Virus record (IMG/VR): IMGVR_UViG_2636416135_000002
Source of the DNA: an uncultured virus (IMG/VR IMGVR_UViG_2636416135_000002)
Lineage: Duplodnaviria; Heunggongvirae; Uroviricota; Caudoviricetes
DNA length: 64,000 bases
Direction: 5' to 3' (one strand)
Part shown: positions 10,183 through 19,553 of the stretch, piece after piece
How the letters are laid out: every line of letters begins with the position of its first letter
How positions within the stretch are numbered: position 1 is the stretch's first letter
Notes under the pieces: generated by a model
Told to the model about the DNA's origin: nothing
Database searches by the model: none
The model's input: only the letters and a program-made list of their open reading frames with translations
Translations under genes and position numbers: made by a program

Positions 10183-10926
10183 TTAAATGTGTTGTTTGAT
10201 TAGGTCAAGACGCTCCATGAGAGAATCTACGGAGCGTTCTGGTATTTCTGGTTTCTTGATGTGGCACTTTGCAGCCAGCTTATCCATAAGAGAGTTGGTC
10301 ACAGATGCACGAGAGAAGAGCATGGGGCCAGCGACGTTGTTTTCTACAGGTATCTCTGCAGGTCTTGTCAGGATTTCATCGGCAAAGCCCATATCGATGG
10401 CTGTATGTGCATCCATCCAAGTTTCTGCATCCATGAGATGGGATAGCTTGGCGCGACTCATACCGGTCTTGATTTCGTAGGCATTGATGATGGATTCCTT
10501 GACTTCATCTAGCATGGCGATTGCCTTCTGCATCTCAGAGGTATCTCCCATTGCTGCAGTCATTGGGTTATGAATCATTAGCATGGATACTGGAGATACC
10601 AGCACCTTTGTGCCAGCCATAGCGATGACAGATGCCGCAGAGGCTGCGATGCCATCAATCTTCACAGTGACATTGCCGGGATATTCCATCATCATGTTGT
10701 AAATTTGGGCTGCGGCCACACAGTCGCCTCCCGGAGAGTTAATCCAAATGGTGATGTCTCCGTTTCCAGCAAACAGCTCATCTCGAAAGAGTTTAGGTGT
10801 GATATCGTCGTCAAACCAGCTTTCCTCTGCGATGGTGCCGTTTAGAAATAGTGTCCTCTCTAGTGTCTGCTCCTGCGTCTCCTGATTGGTCACCGTCTGA
10901 TTTTTCCACTTCCAGAACTTCTTCAT
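10183..10926 (-). CDS. ClpP-type head maturation protease
   Basis: INSPGGD, GIAASAASVI, MIHNP and ETWM motifs; start at MKKFWKW after AAGGAGG. Confidence 0.92.
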   Translation of the reverse strand: MKKFWKWKNQTVTNQETQEQTLERTLFLNGTIAEESWFDDDITPKLFRDELFAGNGDITIWINSPGGDCVAAAQIYNMMMEYPGNVTVKIDGIAASAASVIAMAGTKVLVSPVSMLMIHNPMTAAMGDTSEMQKAIAMLDEVKESIINAYEIKTGMSRAKLSHLMDAETWMDAHTAIDMGFADEILTRPAEIPVENNVAGPMLFSRASVTNSLMDKLAAKCHIKKPEIPERSVDSLMERLDLIKQHI

Positions 10927-12181
10927 CGTTCTCGTCCTCCTTTCCTTCAGCAGTAGTTGCTGCGAATATTCCTGCATCCTCCAGCTTGGTCATGTTTCCA
11001 TTGATGAGATATAAGTCACCACCAAGTTCCGGTGGGATGAGGTCCAGGTTTTCAAGTTCACGGATATCATTTGCGGACATCCAGCCATTCTGCCTTGCAG
11101 TAGCGTAACCGTTCATGCGACTTTGATAATCACCACGTAAGAGGCCGTCAACGTTGAACTTTACAAAATAAGCAGCTTTCTCCGATTCAGATAGAAGGGC
11201 TCGGTTGATGGACTGCTCCCAACGGACAATCCAGGGCTCCAAGGTGTACTTCACAAATTCGAGAGATTGCTGCTCAATATTAGAAAAGCTCGACTTCTCA
11301 AGATCACCGACCATATGAGGCGGTACTCTAAAGATTCGAGCTATTTCATCAATCTGAAATTTTCTTGTTTCCAGAAACTGTGCTTCATTTGGGGAAATGG
11401 AAATAGGCGTGTATTTCATGCCTTCTTCCAAAACAGCTACCTTATGAGAATTGTTCCCAGAGAAGCCTTTGGTCCAGCTTTCTCTGACAGCTTCCGGATT
11501 TTTTACGGTACCGGGATATTCCAAAATACCTCCCGGTGTGGCACCGTTTGCAAAGAACTTAGCACCGTATTCTTCTGTGGCGATAGCAAGTCCGATAGCG
11601 TTCTTGGCCATAGCGATGGGAGAGTAACCGACCAGGCCATCAAAGCCGAGGCCCGGAATATGGAGCACATCCGACGGTTTCAGGATGACTGTTCCATTTT
11701 TCATGGTAGGTGCATCTGAATCCTGCATTTGATATTGATAGTAGAGGTGACCTTTATCGTCACGATCCACACTCATTCGATTGGCCATCAGCGGATAGAG
11801 AGCGATGACTTCACCTTTGCCATTTCGTATAATTTGCGCATAGGCATTTCCATAAAGGAGAAGATGCGTCATCAAAGTCTCTCGGAAGACAAAGGACGTC
11901 ATTTCCGGATTTGGCTCATCGTGAATCAGTCGATACAGAGGATGCTTGATTGCCTTTTCTTTACTACCGGAGTCAGTATACTTATAAACATGGATCGGCA
12001 GTCCTGCAATGGACTCCGAAAGAATTCTGACACAGGCGTAGACTGCAGTCATCTGCATGGCACTTCGTTCATTGACGGCTTTGCCAGAGTTGCTTCCACC
12101 AAAGAGAAAACGATAGGCGCTGCCATTGGTGCTGTTGGTGGGCTTGTCTCTGGAATGAAATAGCCCCGATAAAAATCCCAT
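10811..12181 (-). CDS. Portal protein, HK97 family
   Basis: AVYACVRILSE, LLYGNAYA, FFANGATPGG, EIARIFRVPP; probable start MGFLSG. Confidence 0.95.
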   Translation of the reverse strand: MGFLSGLFHSRDKPTNSTNGSAYRFLFGGSNSGKAVNERSAMQMTAVYACVRILSESIAGLPIHVYKYTDSGSKEKAIKHPLYRLIHDEPNPEMTSFVFRETLMTHLLLYGNAYAQIIRNGKGEVIALYPLMANRMSVDRDDKGHLYYQYQMQDSDAPTMKNGTVILKPSDVLHIPGLGFDGLVGYSPIAMAKNAIGLAIATEEYGAKFFANGATPGGILEYPGTVKNPEAVRESWTKGFSGNNSHKVAVLEEGMKYTPISISPNEAQFLETRKFQIDEIARIFRVPPHMVGDLEKSSFSNIEQQSLEFVKYTLEPWIVRWEQSINRALLSESEKAAYFVKFNVDGLLRGDYQSRMNGYATARQNGWMSANDIRELENLDLIPPELGGDLYLINGNMTKLEDAGIFAATTAEGKEDENDEEVLEVEKSDGDQSGDAGADTREDTISKRHHRRGKLV

Positions 12182-12248
12182 AAATATTCCTTTCTGCCTT
12201 AAGAGGCGTATAAAATTCAAAGTTTCGTCATAAAATAATTTATGCAAA

Positions 12249-12280
12249 TGCTTGCAATTGCAAGCAAAAGCGAATATAAT
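12249..12280 (+). promoter_or_regulatory. SigA-type promoter of the TA operon with an 18-bp palindromic operator over the -35
   Basis: TTGCAA (12252-57), 17 bp, TATAAT (12275-80); perfect palindrome TGCTTGCAATTGCAAGCA at 12249-12266. Confidence 0.8.
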
Positions 12281-12301
12281 AAAGAAAAAGGAGGCGATAC
12301 T

Positions 12302-12607
12302 ATGGCAAATACATCCGCTGTTTATGCAAGAATAGATACGAATCTCAAGGATAATGCTGAGAGCATTCTTTCTCAGCTTGGCATTTCTCCATCCAGTGCA
12401 ATTCAGATGCTTTATAGCCAGATCGTACTGAAAAAGGGTATGCCGTTTGAATTGAAACTTCCTTCTTCTAAGCCATTAGCTGTTGGTGCAATGACCAGAG
12501 AAGAACTTGATGCAGAACTCCAGAAGGGTGTTGATTCCATCAAAGCAGGAAAGGTATATTCTGCAGATGAAGTCGACGCGGCACTTGCAAAGGAGTTTGG
12601 CATATGA
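12302..12607 (+). CDS. Type II antitoxin, RelB/DinJ family
   Basis: VYARIDTNLKDNAESILSQLGISPSSAI...GMPFEL; AAGGAGG RBS. Confidence 0.9.
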   Translation: MANTSAVYARIDTNLKDNAESILSQLGISPSSAIQMLYSQIVLKKGMPFELKLPSSKPLAVGAMTREELDAELQKGVDSIKAGKVYSADEVDAALAKEFGI

Positions 12608-12933
12608 CGGATAGCTACAATGTCGGCTATTCTGTAGATGCACTTGGTGATTTACGTGAAATCTATTCGTATATTGCGAATGAACTTCTTGTTCCGGAGA
12701 CAGCCGCAGCTCAGCTGGGGCGCATACGAAAGGAAGTTCGTTCATTGGATTTCATGCCAGCTCGTTATACGTTAGTTGAATGGGAGCCTTGGCATTCGAT
12801 GAAAATGCATCAGCTTCCGGTAGACAACTTTATTGTGTATTATCTTGTCGATGATAAAGAGAGGACAGTTACAGTAGCACGAATATTCTACGGCGGTCGA
12901 GATATCGAAGGAATTATAAATTCAAATAAATAA
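12604..12933 (+). CDS. Type II toxin, RelE/ParE family
   Basis: ALGDLREIYSYIA...VTVARIFYGGRD; ATGA overlap with the antitoxin. Confidence 0.9.
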   Translation: MTDSYNVGYSVDALGDLREIYSYIANELLVPETAAAQLGRIRKEVRSLDFMPARYTLVEWEPWHSMKMHQLPVDNFIVYYLVDDKERTVTVARIFYGGRDIEGIINSNK

Positions 12934-12940
12934 ACAGAAG

Positions 12941-12975
12941 TGGAGCTTTTGTGTGAAAACAAGAGCTCCATTTTT
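12941..12975 (+). terminator. Intrinsic terminator between the convergent TA operon and terL
   Basis: TGGAGCT...AGCTCCA stem followed by TTTTT. Confidence 0.7.
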
Positions 12976-14575
12976 ATATGAATAAAATTCCTCTGTCATC
13001 ATAGACAGAAGCGCCTGTATTATTTCCACAGCGGATCGCACGGTCAAGTCCCATGATAGTGGCGACGGCTCCGTCGATTTTCTCTGTGGATTTTTCTTTG
13101 TCAGCTTTTATATTGCCTGCCGGGTCAGTGCGGATATAGATGTTATCCATCATCCAACGGAGTACCGGATGACCACCGTGGGCCAGCTTTTGTTCCAGTG
13201 TTAGTTTCATGAGTTCCTTTGTCGGTGGGGACATATCCTTAAATCCCTGACCGAAAGGAACAACAGTAAAGCCCATGCCTTCGAGGTTTTGAACCATCTG
13301 AACAGCTCCCCAGCGGTCAAAGGCAATTTCTCTGATATTGAATCGTTCTCCAAGACGCTCGATGAATTTTTCAATGTAACCGTAGTGGACGACATTTCCC
13401 TCGGTAGTTTCCAGAAAGCCTTGTCGTTCCCAAACGTCATAAGGAACGTGGTCTCGCCTTACTCGAAGCTCCAGCGTATCTTCTGGTATCCAGAAGTACG
13501 GTAAGATGCAGAACTTGTCATCCTCATCTAGCGGAGGAAATACCAGAACGAAGGCTGTAATATCCGTAGTTGAGGAAAGATCCAGACCGCCATAGCAGAC
13601 ACGACCCTCTAAGGATTCTTCATCAACTTTGAAGGAGCAGGCATCCCATTTTTCCATTGGCATCCAACGGACTGCCTGTTTGACCCACTGGTTGAGTCTT
13701 AGCTGTCTAAAGGAATTCTCCTCACCGGGATTCTGTTTTGCAGATTCACAGGCAGCTTCGACTTTATCGATACCGACCGTGATTCCAAGAGATGGATTGG
13801 CTTTCTTCCAGACCTCTGGGTCCGTCCAGTCATCGGTTTCATCAGCGCCATAGATGACCGGATAGAAGGTTGGATCTATTTTTCTTCCCTCCAAGATATC
13901 CTTGGCTTTCTGATGTGTTTCATAACAGATGCTGTTGGTATCTGTTCCGGCGGTAGTGATAAGAAAGTAGAGTGGTTGCGTTCTGGCATCACCGGAGCCT
14001 TTGGTCATAACATCAAAGAGCTTTCGGTTAGGTTGAGTATGTAGCTCATCGAATACGACACCATGAATATTGAAACCATGCTTTGAGTAGGCCTCAGCGG
14101 ACAATACCTGATAGAAGCTGTTGGTCGGTTGGTAGACGATACGCTTCTGGGAAGCGAGAATTTTTACTCGTCTATTCAGTGCAGGGCACATACGCACCAT
14201 ATCGGCAGCAACATCAAATACGATGGTTGCCTGCTGGCGGTCAGCTGCACAGCCATAAACCTCAGCTCGTTCTTCGCCATCACCGCAGGTAAGTAGTAGG
14301 GCGACGGCAGCCGCAAGCTCAGATTTGCCCATTTTTTTAGGGATTTCCACATAGGCAGTATTAAACTGCCGATAGCCATTCGGTTTCAAAGTGCCAAAGA
14401 GATCTCGTATAATCTGTTCTTGCCAGTCAATAAGCTCAAATGGCTTACCGGCCCATGTTCCTTTGGTATGGCAGAGACATTCAATAAAATTGACTGCATA
14501 ATCCGCCATCTGTTTGCTATAGGTGGAGTCAGCAGCCATGAAGCGTGTCGGTGTGTAGTTTTCAAGCGTACGCAA
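12974..14575 (-). CDS. terL: Terminase large subunit
   Basis: EIPKKMGKSEL Walker A, VVFDELH Walker B, GGLDLS and KIDGAVA motifs. Confidence 0.95.
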   Translation of the reverse strand: MRTLENYTPTRFMAADSTYSKQMADYAVNFIECLCHTKGTWAGKPFELIDWQEQIIRDLFGTLKPNGYRQFNTAYVEIPKKMGKSELAAAVALLLTCGDGEERAEVYGCAADRQQATIVFDVAADMVRMCPALNRRVKILASQKRIVYQPTNSFYQVLSAEAYSKHGFNIHGVVFDELHTQPNRKLFDVMTKGSGDARTQPLYFLITTAGTDTNSICYETHQKAKDILEGRKIDPTFYPVIYGADETDDWTDPEVWKKANPSLGITVGIDKVEAACESAKQNPGEENSFRQLRLNQWVKQAVRWMPMEKWDACSFKVDEESLEGRVCYGGLDLSSTTDITAFVLVFPPLDEDDKFCILPYFWIPEDTLELRVRRDHVPYDVWERQGFLETTEGNVVHYGYIEKFIERLGERFNIREIAFDRWGAVQMVQNLEGMGFTVVPFGQGFKDMSPPTKELMKLTLEQKLAHGGHPVLRWMMDNIYIRTDPAGNIKADKEKSTEKIDGAVATIMGLDRAIRCGNNTGASVYDDRGILFI

Positions 14576-14684
14576 ATGTATGCGCCTCCTTTCGCAGAAA
14601 TAAAAATAGCCGCCTGATGGCGACGTCTATAACGAGGAACAGCCCCATCTGGGACCGTCCTTCCTGATATTCTTTTCAGGTGAG

Positions 14685-14927
14685 TTAATTTAATTCGTTA
14701 AGCAGGATACAAAACGCTAGGTTGGCCTCTTCACAGGTTGGTTCGATGTCCCAGCCTCTGTCGTAGTTGGCGATCCATTTACCATCCATCTTCAGGCTGA
14801 GCTTTGAAATCTTACCGCCGTTGATGCCATAGTCTTCACTAGGCTCTTCAAAATATTTGACCCAGTATTTTACACTCTTGTATCTGCCGTCTTTCTTCGG
14901 GATTCCGATGGTTCCTTCTTTCCACAT
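14685..14927 (-). CDS. Phage hypothetical protein
   Basis: 80 aa, YGINGGKISKL...NYDRGWD; GGAGG RBS. Confidence 0.7.
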   Translation of the reverse strand: MWKEGTIGIPKKDGRYKSVKYWVKYFEEPSEDYGINGGKISKLSLKMDGKWIANYDRGWDIEPTCEEANLAFCILLNELN

Positions 14928-14930
14928 GGC

Positions 14931-15299
14931 TTATGCCTCCTTTACCGTCATCTTGATTGCAGGGATAAGGGCGTGCTCACCGGTCTTCCAATCGGTGTAA
15001 CGTGCCTTTACTGTGGTAAGGCCTGCCATGCTGATTCCGTGCTTCTCGAAGGCTGCAAGAGTTTCGATGAGACTTGAGAAGGTGGAGCTGATTGTGAATT
15101 CTGTGATACCGTTTGCTCTCAAGGTCTGAGCGATTTCTTCAATGTCGTAATCCCAAATGACCTCGTTAAAGTCGATGAGCTCATTTCCGTTTTGCTTGCT
15201 GGTTCTGTAAGCCCAGAATAAAGTTCCGTTGATTCCAAGGTCCTTAAGGTTTCTTGCGTTCTGCTTGATGGCTTCTTCAAATGTTCTGATTTCTTTCAT
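14931..15299 (-). CDS. Phage hypothetical protein
   Basis: 122 aa, GITEFTISSTFS; AGGAGG RBS. Confidence 0.7.
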   Translation of the reverse strand: MKEIRTFEEAIKQNARNLKDLGINGTLFWAYRTSKQNGNELIDFNEVIWDYDIEEIAQTLRANGITEFTISSTFSSLIETLAAFEKHGISMAGLTTVKARYTDWKTGEHALIPAIKMTVKEA

Positions 15300-15325
15300 G
15301 GTAGGTTCCTCCTAAAAATGTGTTT

Positions 15326-15391
15326 GTCTCGTCTCCCGACTCGGTCGGTGCTTCTTGCTTTGCAAGGGGTGTCCACCGGACACCCGCACCC
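15326..15391. repeat. 66-bp GC-rich hairpin element (REP/MITE-like) in a 5' leader
   Basis: Hairpins GGTGTCC-ACC-GGACACC and CTTGC-TTT-GCAAG; absent from the equivalent position next to the duplicated promoter at 16404. Confidence 0.5.
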
Positions 15392-15435
15392 TTTTGGTAG
15401 TACTATATATCACTCTAAAAGCACATAATAGCAAG
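15392..15435 (-). promoter_or_regulatory. Duplicated promoter-like element, copy 1
   Basis: Minus strand CTTGCTATTATGTGCTTTTAGAGTGATATATAGTACTACCAAAA; identical to 16404-16446 except one indel. Confidence 0.65.
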
Positions 15436-15485
15436 TTAATTCTGGGCATATAGTACACAATTATTCATGGAGAAAACTGTATATT

Positions 15486-15716
15486 TTAGTCGTTGATTGG
15501 AACCTTCCGGCAGCGGTCCACACCGTAGATTATGTTAAGTCCGGAGCCGTTGTCCCAATTTACCATGATGCTTCCGGTATCATCCACACCGATGACGGTG
15601 CCACGTGTGCCCACTGGAGGCGCCTGTGCGTCGTCCATTTGGATTAGTTCAACACGTGTGCCAGCTGGATAAAGGTGGCGCTGGCGGGCCACCTGTTCCT
15701 TACTTGGAAATTGCAT
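15486..15716 (-). CDS. DUF4314-like protein
   Basis: YPAGTRVELIQMDDAQAPPVGTRGTVIGVDDTGSIMVNWDNGSGL. Confidence 0.8.
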   Translation of the reverse strand: MQFPSKEQVARQRHLYPAGTRVELIQMDDAQAPPVGTRGTVIGVDDTGSIMVNWDNGSGLNIIYGVDRCRKVPIND

Positions 15717-16386
15717 GGCCTTCACCTCCTTTGAATGCGCTGTTGCCCGGAAGATATCTCAGTAGGATTTTACGGTCTGTTTTGTACTCATTCCCGATGA
15801 AGCCGAGGCGAAGAAGGAAACAACGGAAAGCGTAGCGTTCGTTGTCTACTGGCTTTTCTGTGGCGCTGATTCGTTTTTGATCCTTGCTCATTTTGCAAAG
15901 GGCAGCAATCAGTGTGCTGTAGGCGTGAATTTCATCCGGTGCAGGAAGTTCTGAGAACCAAGGAAAGGAAATGCTGTCTTCATTCAGTTCAAAGCGTAGG
16001 TCATCAATGTGCAGGGCATGTTTGATGAGAAATCCTTTGGCATCTAGAAGGTTGGTTAGGTTTCCAACATTGACCTTGTCCAGCGGAATGGTAATGTTAA
16101 GTCCCGTTTTTTCTGTAGAAGTTACTTTAGCCTTTGGTTCCTGAGTCGGATGAAAGTATGTTTCTTTCGGACAGTAGCCGCTTGCGTCCAAGAGAGCAAG
16201 CAGTTTGTCGTATTCAGCTGGGCTCATAGTGTTCGGGCCTTCAATGTTTCCTTCTCGTGTCAGGAGAAGGTCCCCAATCTGATAGGCGTAGGAAGGAGCT
16301 CTCAGGTATTGAGGTTTTGTGTTCGTGTACTCGCCAAGCAGGGCTGCCAGCGGCTTTCTTTCGGTTGCGTTTAAAATGATCTTCAT
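15700..16386 (-). CDS. Conserved phage protein (often labelled virulence-related protein; function unknown)
   Basis: PSYAYQIG and NERYAFRCFLLRLGFIGNEYK motifs. Confidence 0.7.
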   Translation of the reverse strand: MKIILNATERKPLAALLGEYTNTKPQYLRAPSYAYQIGDLLLTREGNIEGPNTMSPAEYDKLLALLDASGYCPKETYFHPTQEPKAKVTSTEKTGLNITIPLDKVNVGNLTNLLDAKGFLIKHALHIDDLRFELNEDSISFPWFSELPAPDEIHAYSTLIAALCKMSKDQKRISATEKPVDNERYAFRCFLLRLGFIGNEYKTDRKILLRYLPGNSAFKGGEGHAISK

Positions 16387-16403
16387 GTAGGTGTCCTCCT
16401 TTG

Positions 16404-16446
16404 TTTTGGTAGTACATATATCACTCTAAAAGCACATAATAGCAAG
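16404..16446 (-). promoter_or_regulatory. Duplicated promoter-like element, copy 2
   Basis: Near-identical to 15392-15435; directly upstream of the RBS of the gene starting at 16386. Confidence 0.65.
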
Positions 16447-16504
16447 CGATATCGGAGAAAAACATCGACAAATATGTGCCTTCTGGATTGTGTACATTAC
16501 CGAC

Positions 16505-17755
16505 TTACAAAAGAGTGGCATCCTCAGCTTCTGGAACAATTTCATCGTAGGAATAGGTTAAACCATCGCGGATGACGGAAATTTTCTCAGAGGAACCAAC
16601 CTGTTCAATGTAGCGTTTGACGATAACATCGCAGAACTTTTCGTCCAGTTCAATGGTGTAGCAGATACGCCCTGTCTGTTCACATGCGATGAGCGTGCTA
16701 CCGGAACCACCAAACGGATCGAGGACCAGAGAGTTGGTCATGCTGGAATTCATAATCGGATAAGCCAGAAGAGGGATAGGCTTCATGGTCGGATGGTCGC
16801 CGTTCTTCTTAGGCTTATCAAATTCCCAGATGGTCGTTTCCTTGCGTCCGGTATACCACTGATGCTTGCCGGATTTCTTCCATCCGAAGAGGCAGGGCTC
16901 ATGCATCCACTGGTAAGGGCTGCGACCAAGGACAAGGGACTGCTTTTTCCAGATACAGCAGCCAGAGAGATAAAAACCAGCATCGGCAAAGGCTCTACGG
17001 AAATTGAGTCCTTCGGTGTCTGCGTGGAAAACATATATAGAAGCATCAGCTGCCATCGATTCGTACATGCGAGTGTAGGCATCAAGCAGGAATTGATAGA
17101 AAGCATCGTTTTCCATATTGTCGTTCTTAATCTTACCAGCGCTACCTTCATAATTGACATTGTACGGAGGATCGGTCACAACCAGATTGGCCTGCTTTCC
17201 GTTCATCAGAAGTTCATAGGTTTCAGGTTTTGTGGAATCACCACAGACAAGGCGATGATCACCAAGGAGCCACAGATCACCGGCCTTGGAAAAGGTCGGC
17301 TTTGCAAGCTCAGCATCCACATCGAAGTCGTCATCCTGAACACCTTTTTTTGTATCTTCTCGGAACAGGTCCTCCAGTTCTTCGGGATCAAATCCGGTGA
17401 GAGAGACATCGAAGTCTGCTCCTTGAAGGTCAGCAATAAGAAGGGCCAACTTGTCGTTATCCCATTCACCACTGATTTTGTTGAGAGCAACATTCAGTGC
17501 TTTCTCTTTATCCTCATCCATTTCAACAATGACGCATTCCACTTCCGTGATGCCCATGTCGATAAGGACCTTTAGTCTCTGGTGACCGCCAACAACACGA
17601 GAAGTGCTGGCATTCCAGATGACAGGTTCGACATAGCCGAACTGCTCAATGGAGCGTTTCAGTTTTTCATATTCTTTATCGCCGGGCTTTAGATCTTTTC
17701 GAGGATTGTAATCAGCAGGAAGAAGCTCTGCGACATTTTTCTTTTCAATTAGCAT
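16505..17755 (-). CDS. ParB-N-domain DNA N4/N6 methyltransferase
   Basis: YNPR and VGGHQRL (ParB-like); TDPPYNV motif IV; HPTMKP; DPFGGSGST motif I. Confidence 0.92.
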   Translation of the reverse strand: MLIEKKNVAELLPADYNPRKDLKPGDKEYEKLKRSIEQFGYVEPVIWNASTSRVVGGHQRLKVLIDMGITEVECVIVEMDEDKEKALNVALNKISGEWDNDKLALLIADLQGADFDVSLTGFDPEELEDLFREDTKKGVQDDDFDVDAELAKPTFSKAGDLWLLGDHRLVCGDSTKPETYELLMNGKQANLVVTDPPYNVNYEGSAGKIKNDNMENDAFYQFLLDAYTRMYESMAADASIYVFHADTEGLNFRRAFADAGFYLSGCCIWKKQSLVLGRSPYQWMHEPCLFGWKKSGKHQWYTGRKETTIWEFDKPKKNGDHPTMKPIPLLAYPIMNSSMTNSLVLDPFGGSGSTLIACEQTGRICYTIELDEKFCDVIVKRYIEQVGSSEKISVIRDGLTYSYDEIVPEAEDATLL

Positions 17756-17907
17756 GATGCAGCCCTCCTGTGCAATAACTTTTTTAATCCCTTGAAAGCG
17801 GCATCTATATCACCAGCTTTTGCCTGTCCTTTGAGTGTGCTAAACTGCTGGAAGGTTAAATGCCTGCGATATTTCTTTAGCAAGCTCATAAATTCCGATA
17901 AATCCAT
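17749..17907 (-). CDS. Small hypothetical protein, 52 aa; not in the ORF track
   Basis: Hand translation MDLSEFMSLLKKYRRHLTFQQFSTLKGQAKAGDIDAAFKGLKKLLHRRAASC; AAAGGA RBS; fills the gap between terS and the MTase. Confidence 0.65.
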   Translation of the reverse strand: MDLSEFMSLLKKYRRHLTFQQFSTLKGQAKAGDIDAAFKGLKKLLHRRAASC

Positions 17908-17908
17908 A

Positions 17909-18463
17909 TCAATTTCCTTTCCGTGCCAGTAGAAGACGTTCCATCACATCATCCTGTGGTGTGGCTCCGTTGTATTCAGTGGCACAATTTTCTCTTACGA
18001 TTTGGTAGATCTCCATCCAGAGACGATTGGTTTGGCTCATGAAATTCTGACTCATAGCCACATAGGGTGACTGGATAGCATTGCCAGTGGTCGGATGTTT
18101 CGCAAGAAAGCCAAACTCAGTGATCGCTTCCTCGCATTGAATCCAACGAGCAACACTCATGGCATAGCGCTCCAAAAGCTCTGGAGAGACAAGAGAAGCG
18201 CAGCCACGTTCATGTAGCCAGTTCCATGTTTTCTTGTAGACATCTGTAGCAACGAGCTTTTTTCCGTTCTTTTGCTTGGCAGATAACATCTTGGATGGTT
18301 TGGGCATCGGCTGACCTTCTAAATCGACGGTGCTGTCTGTAAAGTCGATGACAGTCAACTCACGTTTACCCGGATTTCCCTCAGCGATTCTCTCAGCTAA
18401 GGGCTTTTTCTTGGCTCCAGCGCCGATACGAGCGCCGCCACGGTTTGTACCGTCCTTAGCCAT
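17909..18463 (-). CDS. terS: Terminase small subunit (P27 family)
   Basis: RGGARIGAGAKKKP, EGNPGKR, HPTTGNAIQSPYV. Confidence 0.85.
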   Translation of the reverse strand: MAKDGTNRGGARIGAGAKKKPLAERIAEGNPGKRELTVIDFTDSTVDLEGQPMPKPSKMLSAKQKNGKKLVATDVYKKTWNWLHERGCASLVSPELLERYAMSVARWIQCEEAITEFGFLAKHPTTGNAIQSPYVAMSQNFMSQTNRLWMEIYQIVRENCATEYNGATPQDDVMERLLLARKGN

Positions 18464-18550
18464 TTTCTACACCTCCAGTTCAGGGGCCTATATACCCCGT
18501 TTGAAATTGCGACTTTGTGCGTGAGACCCCACGCCCGTTCCCCGGTGACT

Positions 18551-18934
18551 TCACCGTAGAGAAGTAGACCGCCCCTGCCGGTTGTGCCAGCGGTCGCCGT
18601 GTTCCGCATGAATCTTGGCATGGCAGGATTTGCAAAGAGCCATCAAGTTTTCTCTATCATGCGTTCCACCTTGTGAAAGAGGTTTTATATGGTGTATCTG
18701 CTCGGTTGGTGTGTAGACACCATTCTCAAGGCACCTTTCACAAAGCGGGTGGGCAGCAGCATAGCTGTCACGGATACGTTTCCATGCACGTCCGTAGCGA
18801 CGCTTAGCATTCGGGTCTCGGTCATACTTCTCGTAGCGTTTGGCTTCCTTCTTTTCATGCTCCGGACAGAAGCGTCCATCTGTCAGATTAGGGCATCCGG
18901 GATAGGAGCAGGGACGCTTTGGTTTTCTTGGCAT
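18551..18934 (-). CDS. Packaging-associated HNH endonuclease
   Basis: CERC...HHIKPLSQGGTHDRENLMALCKSCHAKIH; start MPRKPKRPC after AAGGAGG. Confidence 0.92.
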   Translation of the reverse strand: MPRKPKRPCSYPGCPNLTDGRFCPEHEKKEAKRYEKYDRDPNAKRRYGRAWKRIRDSYAAAHPLCERCLENGVYTPTEQIHHIKPLSQGGTHDRENLMALCKSCHAKIHAEHGDRWHNRQGRSTSLR

Positions 18935-19049
18935 CGTATTCCTCCTTCCGTTTGGGCATAAGAAAAGCCCTGTAGGATTGATTCCCACAAGGCTCTCTGC
19001 GATTATCACTTTCGCTAGTATAATAATATCAGAAGAGCTTAGTGTCTTT

Positions 19050-19484
19050 CTATGTCATTTCATGTCCACCTTCATAGGAAGCAGGAACTTTTACTTCTTC
19101 CAGTGCCTTTCCATGAAGTTTGTGGATGTAACGAAGCTCATATCCCATATCAACAGCAATCTGCTCCCATGTGATAAAGCAGAGGTAGCGTTCCTCAAGC
19201 AAGGTCTGGTATTCTGTATTGCTGACCTGTTTGATAACCTCTATGATTTCCTTCTTTAACGCCACCAGCTCCACAACGTCTTTGCTGATTTCATCCTCCA
19301 GCTCGATGATGTCAAGAATGGCGGATTCCATTCGAGAGCCTTCACGGTTAGGGCTCTTTGGCATATCGGAGTAGGACGGTGTGCAACGGGTAGCTAATTC
19401 ATTTAAGGAATCTATCTGTAACAGTTTGCTTTTGATTCTATTATCCAAGTAGCGTGCTTGTGATAAGTATTCTTTTGCAGTCAT
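19050..19484 (-). CDS. Late-gene activator (RinA/ArpU/DUF1492-like)
   Basis: MTAKEYLSQA...LLEERYLCFITWEQIAVDMGY, sigma-region-4-like HTH; upstream of the HNH gene. Confidence 0.8.
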   Translation of the reverse strand: MTAKEYLSQARYLDNRIKSKLLQIDSLNELATRCTPSYSDMPKSPNREGSRMESAILDIIELEDEISKDVVELVALKKEIIEVIKQVSNTEYQTLLEERYLCFITWEQIAVDMGYELRYIHKLHGKALEEVKVPASYEGGHEMT

Positions 19485-19553
19485 TCATTTGTACCTCCGA
19501 AAAAATAGATTTCCCTCGGATTTGCACGGATTGTCGTAATTTTCCTGTGATTA

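Noticed and set aside
10811..10926. 116-bp overlap between portal and protease genes
   Set aside because: The portal tail in the overlap is a low-complexity extension, so this looks like an ordinary terminal overlap and not a nested gene.
15700..16386. Virulence function for the so-called virulence-related protein
   Set aside because: The label is a propagated annotation; nothing in the sequence supports it.
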